From: a candidate division WOR-3 bacterium
GTDB lineage: Bacteria > Hydrothermota > Tepidihabitantia > Tepidihabitantales > DTDR01
Direction of reading: 5' to 3'
Length of the DNA stretch: 32,893 bases
Assembly: GCA_039801885.1 (NCBI GenBank)
Contig: JBDRVN010000013.1
Location: 1,972-34,864 of the forward strand
The notes under the pieces are model-generated. The model saw only the letters and a list, made by a program, of their open reading frames with translations. It made no database searches and was not told the origin of the DNA. Positions 1 through 7,950 of this stretch are shown here, piece by piece (positions within the stretch are counted from its first letter, which is position 1; the number at the start of each line of letters is the position of its first letter). The position numbers were made by a program, and so were the translations under genes.

Positions 1-627
1 GTACCGGTAATCCTATTAACCGACGAAATAATTGCTCATATGCGTGAAATTATTGAATTACCAGAAGAAATTGAAATTTATCAACCAAAGAGAAAGAAAA
101 AAAGCTCTGAAGAATTTTTACTCTATTCAGAAGAGACAATTTATGATGCGGAAGTTGCCTATTTTGGTGAAGGCTATCGAATCCATATTTCTGGACTTAC
201 TCATCGGGAAGATGGGTTTCCAACTAATAACCCAGAGGAGATTAAGAGAAAATTAGATAGGCTAAAAAGAAAAATTGAAGATAATAAAGAAAAATTATGG
301 GATTTAGAATACCAAGATATTGGTGCCGAAATTTGTCTTATCTCTTATGGAATATCTGCCCGCACTGCTTTGGAAGCAAAATATATCTTTGAGAAGGAAG
401 AAAAAAAAGCTTTGGGTTATATCCGCCTTAAAACAATCTGGCCCTTTCCTGATAAACCACTAAAATCTTTACTAAAGAGTGCTAAAAAAGTTATTGTTAT
501 TGAAATGAACCAAGGACAATTGATCAATGAAATTGAAAGGGCAATAAGTCCGGAAATTGAAATTGTTGGTGTCCAAAGATATGATGGTGAAATAATCACG
601 CCGGAAGAAATATTGGCAGTAATATGA
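1..627 (+). CDS. korA: 2-oxoacid:ferredoxin oxidoreductase alpha subunit, C-terminal part (5' truncated by the window)
   Basis: The frame is open from base 1 (VPVILLTDEIIAHMRE...). Motifs HISGLTH, ISYGISAR, IWPFP and VIEMNQGQ are present, and beta and gamma subunits follow. Confidence 0.9.
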   Translation, partial: VPVILLTDEIIAHMREIIELPEEIEIYQPKRKKKSSEEFLLYSEETIYDAEVAYFGEGYRIHISGLTHREDGFPTNNPEEIKRKLDRLKRKIEDNKEKLWDLEYQDIGAEICLISYGISARTALEAKYIFEKEEKKALGYIRLKTIWPFPDKPLKSLLKSAKKVIVIEMNQGQLINEIERAISPEIEIVGVQRYDGEIITPEEILAVI

Positions 628-1445
628 AAGAAGAAATAAAAAATTATTTAAGATTAGACGAAAGATTTCCCCATATTTTATGTCCTGGTTGCGGCATCGG
701 CACAATTGCTAATATTCTCGTAAGAACTCTTAATGAATTGAATTTAGATAAAAATAATATCTGTTTGGTATCAGGAATTGGTTGTTCTTCTCGTATTCCT
801 GGTTATATTGATTGCGATACCTTTCATACCCTTCATGGTCGAGCGATTCCTTGCGCTATTGGAGTAAAATTAGCAAAACCCCATTTAAAAGTGATTGTTA
901 TCGGTGGCGACGGTGATATTTTAGCAATTGGTTTAAGCCATTTTATTCACGCGGCAAGAAGAAATATTGATTTAACCGTTATAATTATTAATAATTATAA
1001 TTACGGAATGACCGGTGGCCAAGTTTCACCTACTACCCCGAAAGGTAAATTTACTTATACCACTCCTTATAGTAATCCCGAAGAAGAATTTGATATATAT
1101 GAAATATCAAAAAGTGCCGGTGCGGTCTTCTTTGCTCGTTCAACTACTTATCACATTGCGCATTTAAAAAATATTTTTAAAAAAGCACTCACCAAAAAAG
1201 GCTTTTCAGTAGTAGAAATCCTTTCTCAATGTCCTACCCTTTATGGCCGTTTAAATAGATTAGGAGATGCTGTTAAAATGTTAGAAGATTTCAAAAATAG
1301 AGCAGTTAATATTTCTCATATTAAAGAACCTATGAAAATACCTCCTGATAAGATTGTCATTGGCGTTTTATTAGACCGAGAAAGAGAGGAATATTGTGAA
1401 AAATATGAAATATTAAGGAGGATGATAGATGAAAAAAGAGATTAG
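624..1445 (+). CDS. korB: 2-oxoacid:ferredoxin oxidoreductase beta subunit (TPP-binding)
   Basis: Motifs CPGCG, SGIGCSSR, HGRA, GGDGD...NNYNYGMTGGQ and SQCPT. ATGA overlap with the alpha gene. Confidence 0.93.
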   Translation: MKEEIKNYLRLDERFPHILCPGCGIGTIANILVRTLNELNLDKNNICLVSGIGCSSRIPGYIDCDTFHTLHGRAIPCAIGVKLAKPHLKVIVIGGDGDILAIGLSHFIHAARRNIDLTVIIINNYNYGMTGGQVSPTTPKGKFTYTTPYSNPEEEFDIYEISKSAGAVFFARSTTYHIAHLKNIFKKALTKKGFSVVEILSQCPTLYGRLNRLGDAVKMLEDFKNRAVNISHIKEPMKIPPDKIVIGVLLDREREEYCEKYEILRRMIDEKRD

Positions 1446-1962
1446 AATTGCTGGAACCGGTGGCCAAGGAATTATTTTTGCGGCTATTGTTTTAGCCGAA
1501 GCAGTGGGTGTTTACGAAAATAAATATGTCTCCCAAACCCAATCTTATGGTCCGGAAGCACGGGGTGGTGCCTCCAAAGCTGATATAATTATTAGCGACC
1601 AGCCTATTTATTTCCCGCAAACTCAAGAATTAGATATTTTAGCCTGTCTAAGCCGAGAAGCTCTTAATGAATACGTTAAAAAATTGAAAGAAAATGGTAT
1701 CCTTCTTATTGATTCTTATTATTGTGGAGCCTTCAATAAAGAGAAGATAAAAATTTATGCTTTTCCTTTCTCATTGATTGCTAAAGAAAAATTGGGAAGG
1801 GAACTATTCGCCAATATAATTCTCTTGGGCTCCCTCGCTCGTTTTACTGAAATAGTAAGTATTGAATCACTTAAAAAAGTGATTTCCCATCGGGTGGCAC
1901 CTCAATTTTTAGAAATAAACGAGAAGGCATTAATGTTAGGTTACCAGATTGACCAATTATGA
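1429..1962 (+). CDS. korC: 2-oxoacid:ferredoxin oxidoreductase gamma subunit
   Basis: Motifs AGTGGQG and QSYGPEARGGAS. Shine-Dalgarno AAGGAGG upstream. Confidence 0.92.
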   Translation: MKKEIRIAGTGGQGIIFAAIVLAEAVGVYENKYVSQTQSYGPEARGGASKADIIISDQPIYFPQTQELDILACLSREALNEYVKKLKENGILLIDSYYCGAFNKEKIKIYAFPFSLIAKEKLGRELFANIILLGSLARFTEIVSIESLKKVISHRVAPQFLEINEKALMLGYQIDQL

Positions 1963-2699
1963 TTTTTTTATATACTTTATTTTCTTCCATTTTTGTTAGT
2001 TTAATATCTCTCATCGGTATCTTTTTTTTATTTTTTAAAACCAATCTATTTGAAAAAATTATTTATTATTTAGTCGCTTTTGCCGGCGGTGTTCTTTTCG
2101 GTGTTGTCTTTTTTCATATTTTAAAAGAAACTATTGAGCATTTCCCTCCTTATCTCTTTTCTCTTTTTTTAACCATTGGTTTTCTCATTTTTTTTATCTT
2201 AGAAAGGATTATTCGTTGGCGTCATTGCCATTTGCCTAAATGCGAAATCCATCCAGTTATTCCTCTTAATATAATTGGCGATTCTCTTCATAATTTTATT
2301 GACGGCTTAATAATTGCTGCTGGTTATTTAACTTCTTTAAAAACCGGGTTATTAATAACCTTAGGAGTAATTGCCCATGAAATACCACAAGAGATAGGTG
2401 ATTTCGCAATTCTTGTTTACGGTGGCTATACCAAAAAGAAGGCATTAGTTTATAATTTTCTTACTGCCCTTACCGCAATTCTTGGCGCAATCAGTGGCTA
2501 CTTTTTTTTAGAAAAATTCGAATTTTTTTTACCTTACCTTCTGGCTCTTGCCGGCGGTAATTTTCTTTACATTGCTTCCTCTGATATTATTCCAGAACTC
2601 CATCGAGAAATAGAATTAAAAAAGAGCATTTATTCATTAATTATTTTTATCTTCGGTATATTTTTGATAACAATTTTAACAGAATTTTTTCATCCATAA
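1959..2699 (+). CDS. ZIP family divalent metal transporter
   Basis: Multiple TM segments, ZIP metal motifs HNFIDG and HEIPQEIGD, and a His/Cys loop HCHLPKCEIH. Confidence 0.9.
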   Translation: MIFLYTLFSSIFVSLISLIGIFFLFFKTNLFEKIIYYLVAFAGGVLFGVVFFHILKETIEHFPPYLFSLFLTIGFLIFFILERIIRWRHCHLPKCEIHPVIPLNIIGDSLHNFIDGLIIAAGYLTSLKTGLLITLGVIAHEIPQEIGDFAILVYGGYTKKKALVYNFLTALTAILGAISGYFFLEKFEFFLPYLLALAGGNFLYIASSDIIPELHREIELKKSIYSLIIFIFGIFLITILTEFFHP

Positions 2700-3215
2700 A
2701 TGAGCTATCAAACTTTTAACCAATTTTTAACCGGTCAATTTTTGGTTAAAATAAAAGAAGATTTACTTTCTTTACGCATCTTTTCCAAAGAAGATTTAAA
2801 AGTAATTACTTATTATCATGCCCGCCGTTATTTTTTGACACTGCCCAACTGGTTAGTTCGGGCTGGTATAAATATAAAAGGAAGAATCATTGACTTGGGT
2901 GTTTTTTATCAGTCAGAACTTAAAGCCTTAATCCAATGCGAATGGGGAATTTTTCTTAACCAACCAAATTACTTTCCCGAAGATAAGTTTAATCAATCTT
3001 TAAGGAACTTGATTGAAACAATTGAATTATTAAATAAAAAACCTGTGGGTTATTTATTAACTGTTTATGAATCAACTACAAAATATTATTTACCCTTATT
3101 GCCGGAGAAAAATTTTTATCAGTGGTTAGCAATAAACATTACTGAATTTAGTGAATATCAAAAATGGCGCAAAAATTTTGAAGATTTAGCCAGTAAATTT
3201 ATTGACAAAATTTAG
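2700..3215 (+). CDS. hypothetical protein (possible degenerate PD-(D/E)xK-like fold)
   Basis: 171-aa ORF abutting the ZIP stop codon and filling the gap to folK. No family recognised with confidence. Confidence 0.7.
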   Translation: MSYQTFNQFLTGQFLVKIKEDLLSLRIFSKEDLKVITYYHARRYFLTLPNWLVRAGINIKGRIIDLGVFYQSELKALIQCEWGIFLNQPNYFPEDKFNQSLRNLIETIELLNKKPVGYLLTVYESTTKYYLPLLPEKNFYQWLAINITEFSEYQKWRKNFEDLASKFIDKI

Positions 3216-3230
3216 ATTTTTAAGTATCTT
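3202..3230 (+). promoter_or_regulatory. sigma70-type promoter for the folK operon (probably leaderless)
   Basis: TTGACA (3202-3207), 17-bp spacer, TATCTT (3225-3230). ATG lies 6 nt downstream with no SD. Confidence 0.6.
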
Positions 3231-3236
3231 TAATAA

Positions 3237-3740
3237 ATGAAGAAAATTGTTCTATCCTTTGGCAGTAATATTGGAAATCGGGTTAGAAATATTGAAAAGG
3301 CATTCTATCTTTTAAAAAAATTTAATCTCTATCCGGAACGGATTTCTTCTTTTTATCTTACTAAACCGGTAGGCTTTATTTTTCAACCTTCTTTTATTAA
3401 TACCGTAGGAATTTTTCAAACCAGCCTTTCGCCGCAAGAAGTTTTAAAGATTATAAAAAAAATTGAAAACAAATTCTACCGCCTAAGGTTTTTCAAAAAT
3501 GCTCCTCGGCTCTTAGACATCGATATCCTTTTTTATAATTCAGAAATTATTAATGAAAAAAATTTAAAAATCCCTCATCCCCAAATTTTAAAAAGAAATT
3601 TTATTTTAATCCCTTTATTAGAAGTAGCTCCGGATTTTTATCATCCATTAGTTAAAAAATCTTTAAAAGAATTGGTTAAAGAAATCAGGACCAACGGTAT
3701 AAAAATATGGAAAAAGGAGAAATTGAATTTATCGCAATAG
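3237..3740 (+). CDS. folK: 2-amino-4-hydroxy-6-hydroxymethyldihydropteridine diphosphokinase (HPPK)
   Basis: Motifs GSNIG, PRLLDIDIL and IPHP...RNFILIPL. Confidence 0.95.
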   Translation: MKKIVLSFGSNIGNRVRNIEKAFYLLKKFNLYPERISSFYLTKPVGFIFQPSFINTVGIFQTSLSPQEVLKIIKKIENKFYRLRFFKNAPRLLDIDILFYNSEIINEKNLKIPHPQILKRNFILIPLLEVAPDFYHPLVKKSLKELVKEIRTNGIKIWKKEKLNLSQ

Positions 3741-4342
3741 AAGGTATTATGGGCGTTGGTAAAACTGCTTTGGCTACTAAATTGGCTACTTATTGGAAAG
3801 CAGAGTTAATATTAGATAAATCAGAAAATCCTTTTTTAAGAAATTTTTATGAAAATAAAAGAGTTTATGCCTTTCAAACCCAACTTTTTTTTCTCCTTAC
3901 CCGGTATCAACAACAACTAAATTTAAATCAACTTTCTCTATTTTCCGAGAAAAAAATTGTCAGCGATTATACTTTAGAAAAAGATAAAATTTATGCCAGT
4001 ATTAATCTATCGGAAAGAGAATATTATATCTACGAAAGAATTTTTCAACTTTTAGAAAAAGATCTTAGTTTAAAACCAACAAAAATAATTTTTTTACAAA
4101 CTAATTTAGAAACCCTTTGGGAGCGTCTTAAAAAAAGTGAGCGAGAATACGAAAGGAAAATTGATTGGGAATATTTAATAGCTCTCAATAATTCTTATAA
4201 CAAATTTTTCTTTCATTATTCTCGGTCGCCTATTTTAATTGTGAATACAGAAAGCTATCGTTATTTAGAAAATCCAAAAACTTTTAGGGATTTAGTAATT
4301 ACCATTGAAAATTTAAAAGAAGGAAGAAAGTTTTTAGCTTAA
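3707..4342 (+). CDS. deoxynucleoside kinase family protein
   Basis: P-loop IAIEGIMGVGKT, plus ENPFL and FQTQLFFLLTR. Sits in the common folK-dNK-panB context. Confidence 0.88.
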   Translation: MEKGEIEFIAIEGIMGVGKTALATKLATYWKAELILDKSENPFLRNFYENKRVYAFQTQLFFLLTRYQQQLNLNQLSLFSEKKIVSDYTLEKDKIYASINLSEREYYIYERIFQLLEKDLSLKPTKIIFLQTNLETLWERLKKSEREYERKIDWEYLIALNNSYNKFFFHYSRSPILIVNTESYRYLENPKTFRDLVITIENLKEGRKFLA

Positions 4343-4343
4343 T

Positions 4344-5150
4344 ATGAAAGTAACGATTGATTTATTATTAAAAATGAAAGAGAAAAAAGAAAAAATCGTT
4401 GCTCTTACTGCCTATGATTATCTTACCGCAAAAATTTTAGATGAGGCAGGCGTAGATTTAATATTGGTTGGCGACTCGGCTGCCAATGTAGTCTTTGGTT
4501 ACGAAACTACTTTACCCATTGACCTTTCAGCAATGCTAATGTTTACTTCCGCAGTTACTCGAGCGGTAAAGAGAGCATTTATTGTTAGTGATATGCCTTT
4601 TTTGTCCTATCAAATTTCTAAAGAAGAGGCATTAAAAAATGCCGGTTTATTTTTAAAAGCCGGTGCCCAAGCAGTAAAATTAGAAGGTGGTGAGCCGGTT
4701 TTACCAATTGTTGAACATTTAGTTAAATTTGGAATTCCGGTTATGGGACATTTGGGATTAACACCTCAATCTGTCCATCAGTTGAGTGGATACAGATTAC
4801 AAGCTCGAACAAAGGAGGAACAGGAAAAATTATTAAAAGAAGCCTTTTTATTGGAAGAAGCTGGCTGTTTTGCCATAGTTTTAGAAAAAATTCCAATGGA
4901 AGCTGCTAAAACAGTTACTGAAAAATTGAAAATCCCAACCATCGGTATTGGAGCCGGCCCTTATTGCGATGGTCAAATTCTTGTAATTCATGATATGTTA
5001 GGACTAAATGAAAAGAAATTCAAGTTTGTTAAAAGATATGCTGATTTATTAACAATAATAAAAAAGGCAGTGAAAGAATATTTAGAGGAAGTAAAAAAAG
5101 GAGAATTTCCTAAGGAAGAACATAGTTTTAAAACCAATGAGAGTTGTTAA
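4344..5150 (+). CDS. panB: 3-methyl-2-oxobutanoate hydroxymethyltransferase
   Basis: Motifs LTAYD, LVGDS, DMPFLSY, VKLEGG, GHLGLTPQS and IGIGAG..CDGQILV. Confidence 0.97.
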   Translation: MKVTIDLLLKMKEKKEKIVALTAYDYLTAKILDEAGVDLILVGDSAANVVFGYETTLPIDLSAMLMFTSAVTRAVKRAFIVSDMPFLSYQISKEEALKNAGLFLKAGAQAVKLEGGEPVLPIVEHLVKFGIPVMGHLGLTPQSVHQLSGYRLQARTKEEQEKLLKEAFLLEEAGCFAIVLEKIPMEAAKTVTEKLKIPTIGIGAGPYCDGQILVIHDMLGLNEKKFKFVKRYADLLTIIKKAVKEYLEEVKKGEFPKEEHSFKTNESC

Positions 5151-5976
5151 AAAAATAAAGGAGATGCAAAAGATTGCTGACCGATTAAGAGAGAGAGGAA
5201 GAATTATTGGTTTTGTGCCAACAATGGGATATCTACACGAAGGACATTTAAGTCTGGTTAAAATTGCTAAAAGGAAAAGCGACATCTGTGTTGTAAGTAT
5301 TTTCGTTAATCCTTTACAATTTGGTCCAAAAGAAGATTACCAGACTTATCCACGAAATTTTAAAAGAGACAAAAAATTGCTGGCTGAGTTAGGAGTAGAT
5401 ATTATCTTTTATCCCAATGAAAAAGAAATGTATCCGGAACCTTGTTTCACTTATGTCCAAATTAAAAAACTCTCAGAAGGACTTTGTGGCCATTCTCGAC
5501 CAGGCCATTTTGAAGGAGTGGCAACGGTAGTTACTAAATTATTTAACATTGTAAAACCCCATATTGCTATTTTTGGTCAAAAAGATTATCAACAAGCAGT
5601 GATTATAAAAAAAATGGTGAAAGACCTAAATTTTGATATCAAAATTATTGTAGCACCAACGGTCCGTGAAAAAGACGGATTGGCGTGTAGTTCAAGAAAT
5701 ATTTATCTTACCGAAAAGGAGAGGAAAGAATCCTCGGTCCTTTATCGGTCATTGATATTAGCAAAAAAAATGATAAAGGAAGGAGAAAAAAATCCCGAAA
5801 AGATAATTAAAGAAATGGAAAAACTTATTACTACTGAAAGTTCGGGTAAGATTGATTATATTGAAATTGTCGATGCGAAAACTTTAGAACCAGCAAAAGA
5901 AATTACTAGTAAAGTTTGTATCGCTTTGGCAGTTTTTTTCGGGAAAGCCCGTTTAATTGATAATATTTTAGTTTAA
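5137..5976 (+). CDS. panC: pantoate--beta-alanine ligase
   Basis: Motifs VPTMGYLHEGH, SIFVNPLQF, RPGHFEGV, FGQKDYQQ, SSRN and RLIDN. Confidence 0.97.
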   Translation: MRVVKKIKEMQKIADRLRERGRIIGFVPTMGYLHEGHLSLVKIAKRKSDICVVSIFVNPLQFGPKEDYQTYPRNFKRDKKLLAELGVDIIFYPNEKEMYPEPCFTYVQIKKLSEGLCGHSRPGHFEGVATVVTKLFNIVKPHIAIFGQKDYQQAVIIKKMVKDLNFDIKIIVAPTVREKDGLACSSRNIYLTEKERKESSVLYRSLILAKKMIKEGEKNPEKIIKEMEKLITTESSGKIDYIEIVDAKTLEPAKEITSKVCIALAVFFGKARLIDNILV

Positions 5977-6953
5977 TCTGGATAACCAGTAGGAAAATTT
6001 TTCTGCCATTCAAAGGTATCTTTGATAATTATTTTTAAATCATCCTTCTCTCTTTTCCATCCCAATTCTTTTTTTATCTTTTCTGAGGAAGCGATTAATA
6101 TCGGTACATCTCCGGGTCTCCTTTCCGCCACTTCGTAAGGAATTTCTTTACCAATAACTTCGCAAGCCGTTTCAAAGACCTCTTTTACCGAATAACCATT
6201 TTCACTTCCTAAATTATAAACCTCACTTTTTTCTTCTTGGAGAAGTTTTTTCAGGGCTAAAATATGGGCAATTGCCAAATCATACACATGGATATAATCC
6301 CTAATACAGGTTCCATCTCTTGTTGGATAATCATTACCATAAATTTTAAAAATCTTTTCCTTTCCTAATGCTGCTTTTACAATCAAGGGAATTAAATGTG
6401 TTTCCGGTCGATGGTCTTCTCCTAAATTATCATAAGCACCGGCAACATTAAAATACCTCAAAGAGATAAATTTTAAACCACAATATTTTTCATAAGAGAA
6501 AAGTAATTCTTCAATCAATCTTTTTGTTTCTCCATAGGGATTTATTGGCAATAAAGGATGATCCTCTTTAATCGGCACGGCGATCGGCTCGCCGTAAACT
6601 GCTGCCGAAGAAGAAAAGATTATTTTAAAGCACTCATTTTCACACATACCGTTAAGCAAATTTATACAATTTTTAACATTATTATCAAAGAAAAGGGTAG
6701 GATATTTTACTGATTCACCCACTTCAATATAAGAAGCAAAGTGAAGGACCGCTTCTATTGGATATTTTTTAAAAACCTTGGAAAGTAAATCTTTGTCAGC
6801 TAAGTCACCCTTAATAAAAATTGCTCTTTTATCAATTGCTGATAAATGCCCTCGGGATAAATTATCATAAACAATTACTTGGTAACCATTTTCTACCAAT
6901 AATCTAACAACTACTGAACCTATGTAACCACCACCACCAGTAACAAAAATCAT
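5973..6953 (-). CDS. galE: UDP-glucose 4-epimerase
   Basis: Motifs TGGGGYIGS, FSSSAAVYG, YxxxK (PYGETK), LRYFN, DGTCIRDYIHV and RRPGD. Confidence 0.95.
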   Translation of the reverse strand: MIFVTGGGGYIGSVVVRLLVENGYQVIVYDNLSRGHLSAIDKRAIFIKGDLADKDLLSKVFKKYPIEAVLHFASYIEVGESVKYPTLFFDNNVKNCINLLNGMCENECFKIIFSSSAAVYGEPIAVPIKEDHPLLPINPYGETKRLIEELLFSYEKYCGLKFISLRYFNVAGAYDNLGEDHRPETHLIPLIVKAALGKEKIFKIYGNDYPTRDGTCIRDYIHVYDLAIAHILALKKLLQEEKSEVYNLGSENGYSVKEVFETACEVIGKEIPYEVAERRPGDVPILIASSEKIKKELGWKREKDDLKIIIKDTFEWQKNFPTGYPD

Positions 6954-6956
6954 TTA

Positions 6957-7592
6957 TTAATACGCTCCATTCCCTGAAAAAAGTACCGAAATAGTCTTTA
7001 AGATAATTTTTATATCTAACCGCAAGCTTTTTTTACGAATATATTCCATATCCAAAGCTACTCTCTCTTCATAAGATAAATTATTTCTGCCCGAAACCTG
7101 CCAAAGTCCTGTCAAACCAGGTTTCTCTTTTAAAAGCAGTGGTAAATATTCTCCATATTTAGCCTTTTCTTCTTCGACAATTGGTCTTGGCCCCACGAAA
7201 CTCATTTCACCTTTTAGGATATTTATTAATTGGGGTAACTCATCAAGACTCGTTTTCCGCAATATTTTCCCAATCGGAGTTACCCTTGGATCATTTTTTA
7301 ATTTATATCCATTTTCAAACTCTTCTCGGGCTTGAGCATCATTTTTTAAAATTTCAGGTAAAAGCTTTTCTGCACCATCCATCATCGTCCGAAATTTATA
7401 TAAATAAAAAGATTTATCATTCTGTCCCACTCTTTTGTGTTTATAAAAAAGCGAACCAGGAGAAGTTAATTTAATTATTAAAAAAATTATTAAGAAAAGA
7501 GGAAGAGCAACAATTGAAACGAAAAAGAGCAATAATAAATCTAAATACCTTTTATGCTTATAATAAATTTCTTCTTTCTCCATACAAAACAT
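6957..7592 (-). CDS. bacterial sugar transferase / monotopic phosphoglycosyl transferase (WbaP/PglC-type catalytic domain)
   Basis: Motifs KRxxD plus a hydrophobic helix, YKFRTM, DPRVT, SLDELPQL, GEMSFVGPRP and PGLTGLWQVSGR. Confidence 0.93.
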   Translation of the reverse strand: MFCMEKEEIYYKHKRYLDLLLLFFVSIVALPLFLIIFLIIKLTSPGSLFYKHKRVGQNDKSFYLYKFRTMMDGAEKLLPEILKNDAQAREEFENGYKLKNDPRVTPIGKILRKTSLDELPQLINILKGEMSFVGPRPIVEEEKAKYGEYLPLLLKEKPGLTGLWQVSGRNNLSYEERVALDMEYIRKKSLRLDIKIILKTISVLFSGNGAY

Positions 7593-7640
7593 TTATATCC
7601 TATTAGCTCCTCCTTTTTAAACCCTTTAAACATTAAAATT

Positions 7641-7668
7641 ATAATACCAAAATTTTTTGAAAAGTCAA
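7641..7668 (-). promoter_or_regulatory. sigma70-type promoter for the sugar transferase-galE pair
   Basis: Minus strand TTGACT, 16-bp spacer, TATTAT (overlapping a TATAAT). AAGGAGGAG lies in the leader. Confidence 0.55.
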
Positions 7669-7914
7669 GAAGAAAAATATCTTTTAAATTATTAAATGTT
7701 TTCATATAGTTCTAATTTCATTTTCTATATATATGTGAATTATTAATACTTGCTATCGGTAGTTTCTTGGAAATTATTTATAAAAGGTAGTAATTTGGTT
7801 TACATTAAGAGAATTAGATTTTAAATAATTTAGATGATAAAAAATTGGCAATTATAAAAATGCTTTTCAATTTAGAAAATTCACCATTGATAATTTCTTT
7901 CTATATTTAATTAA

Positions 7915-7942
7915 TTGACTTTAAAGTTATTAAAATTAAAAT
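7915..7942 (+). promoter_or_regulatory. sigma70-type promoter for the 989-aa ORF (probably leaderless)
   Basis: TTGACT (7915-7920), 16-bp spacer, TAAAAT (7937-7942). ATG lies 8 nt downstream. Confidence 0.55.
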
Positions 7943-7950
7943 TTTATTAA

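Noticed and set aside
32..705. Alternative short ORFs 32..256 (+), 417..599 (-) and 472..705 (-)
   Set aside because: They are shadow frames over the well-supported korA and korB genes and have no motifs.
3237..5976. folK-dNK-panB-panC clustering and absence of panD
   Set aside because: This gene order is widespread, and panD is often elsewhere or replaced.
7669..7914. AT-rich spacer between the sugar transferase and the 989-aa gene
   Set aside because: It is explained as a divergent promoter region. I found no convincing repeat, RNA structure or ORF.
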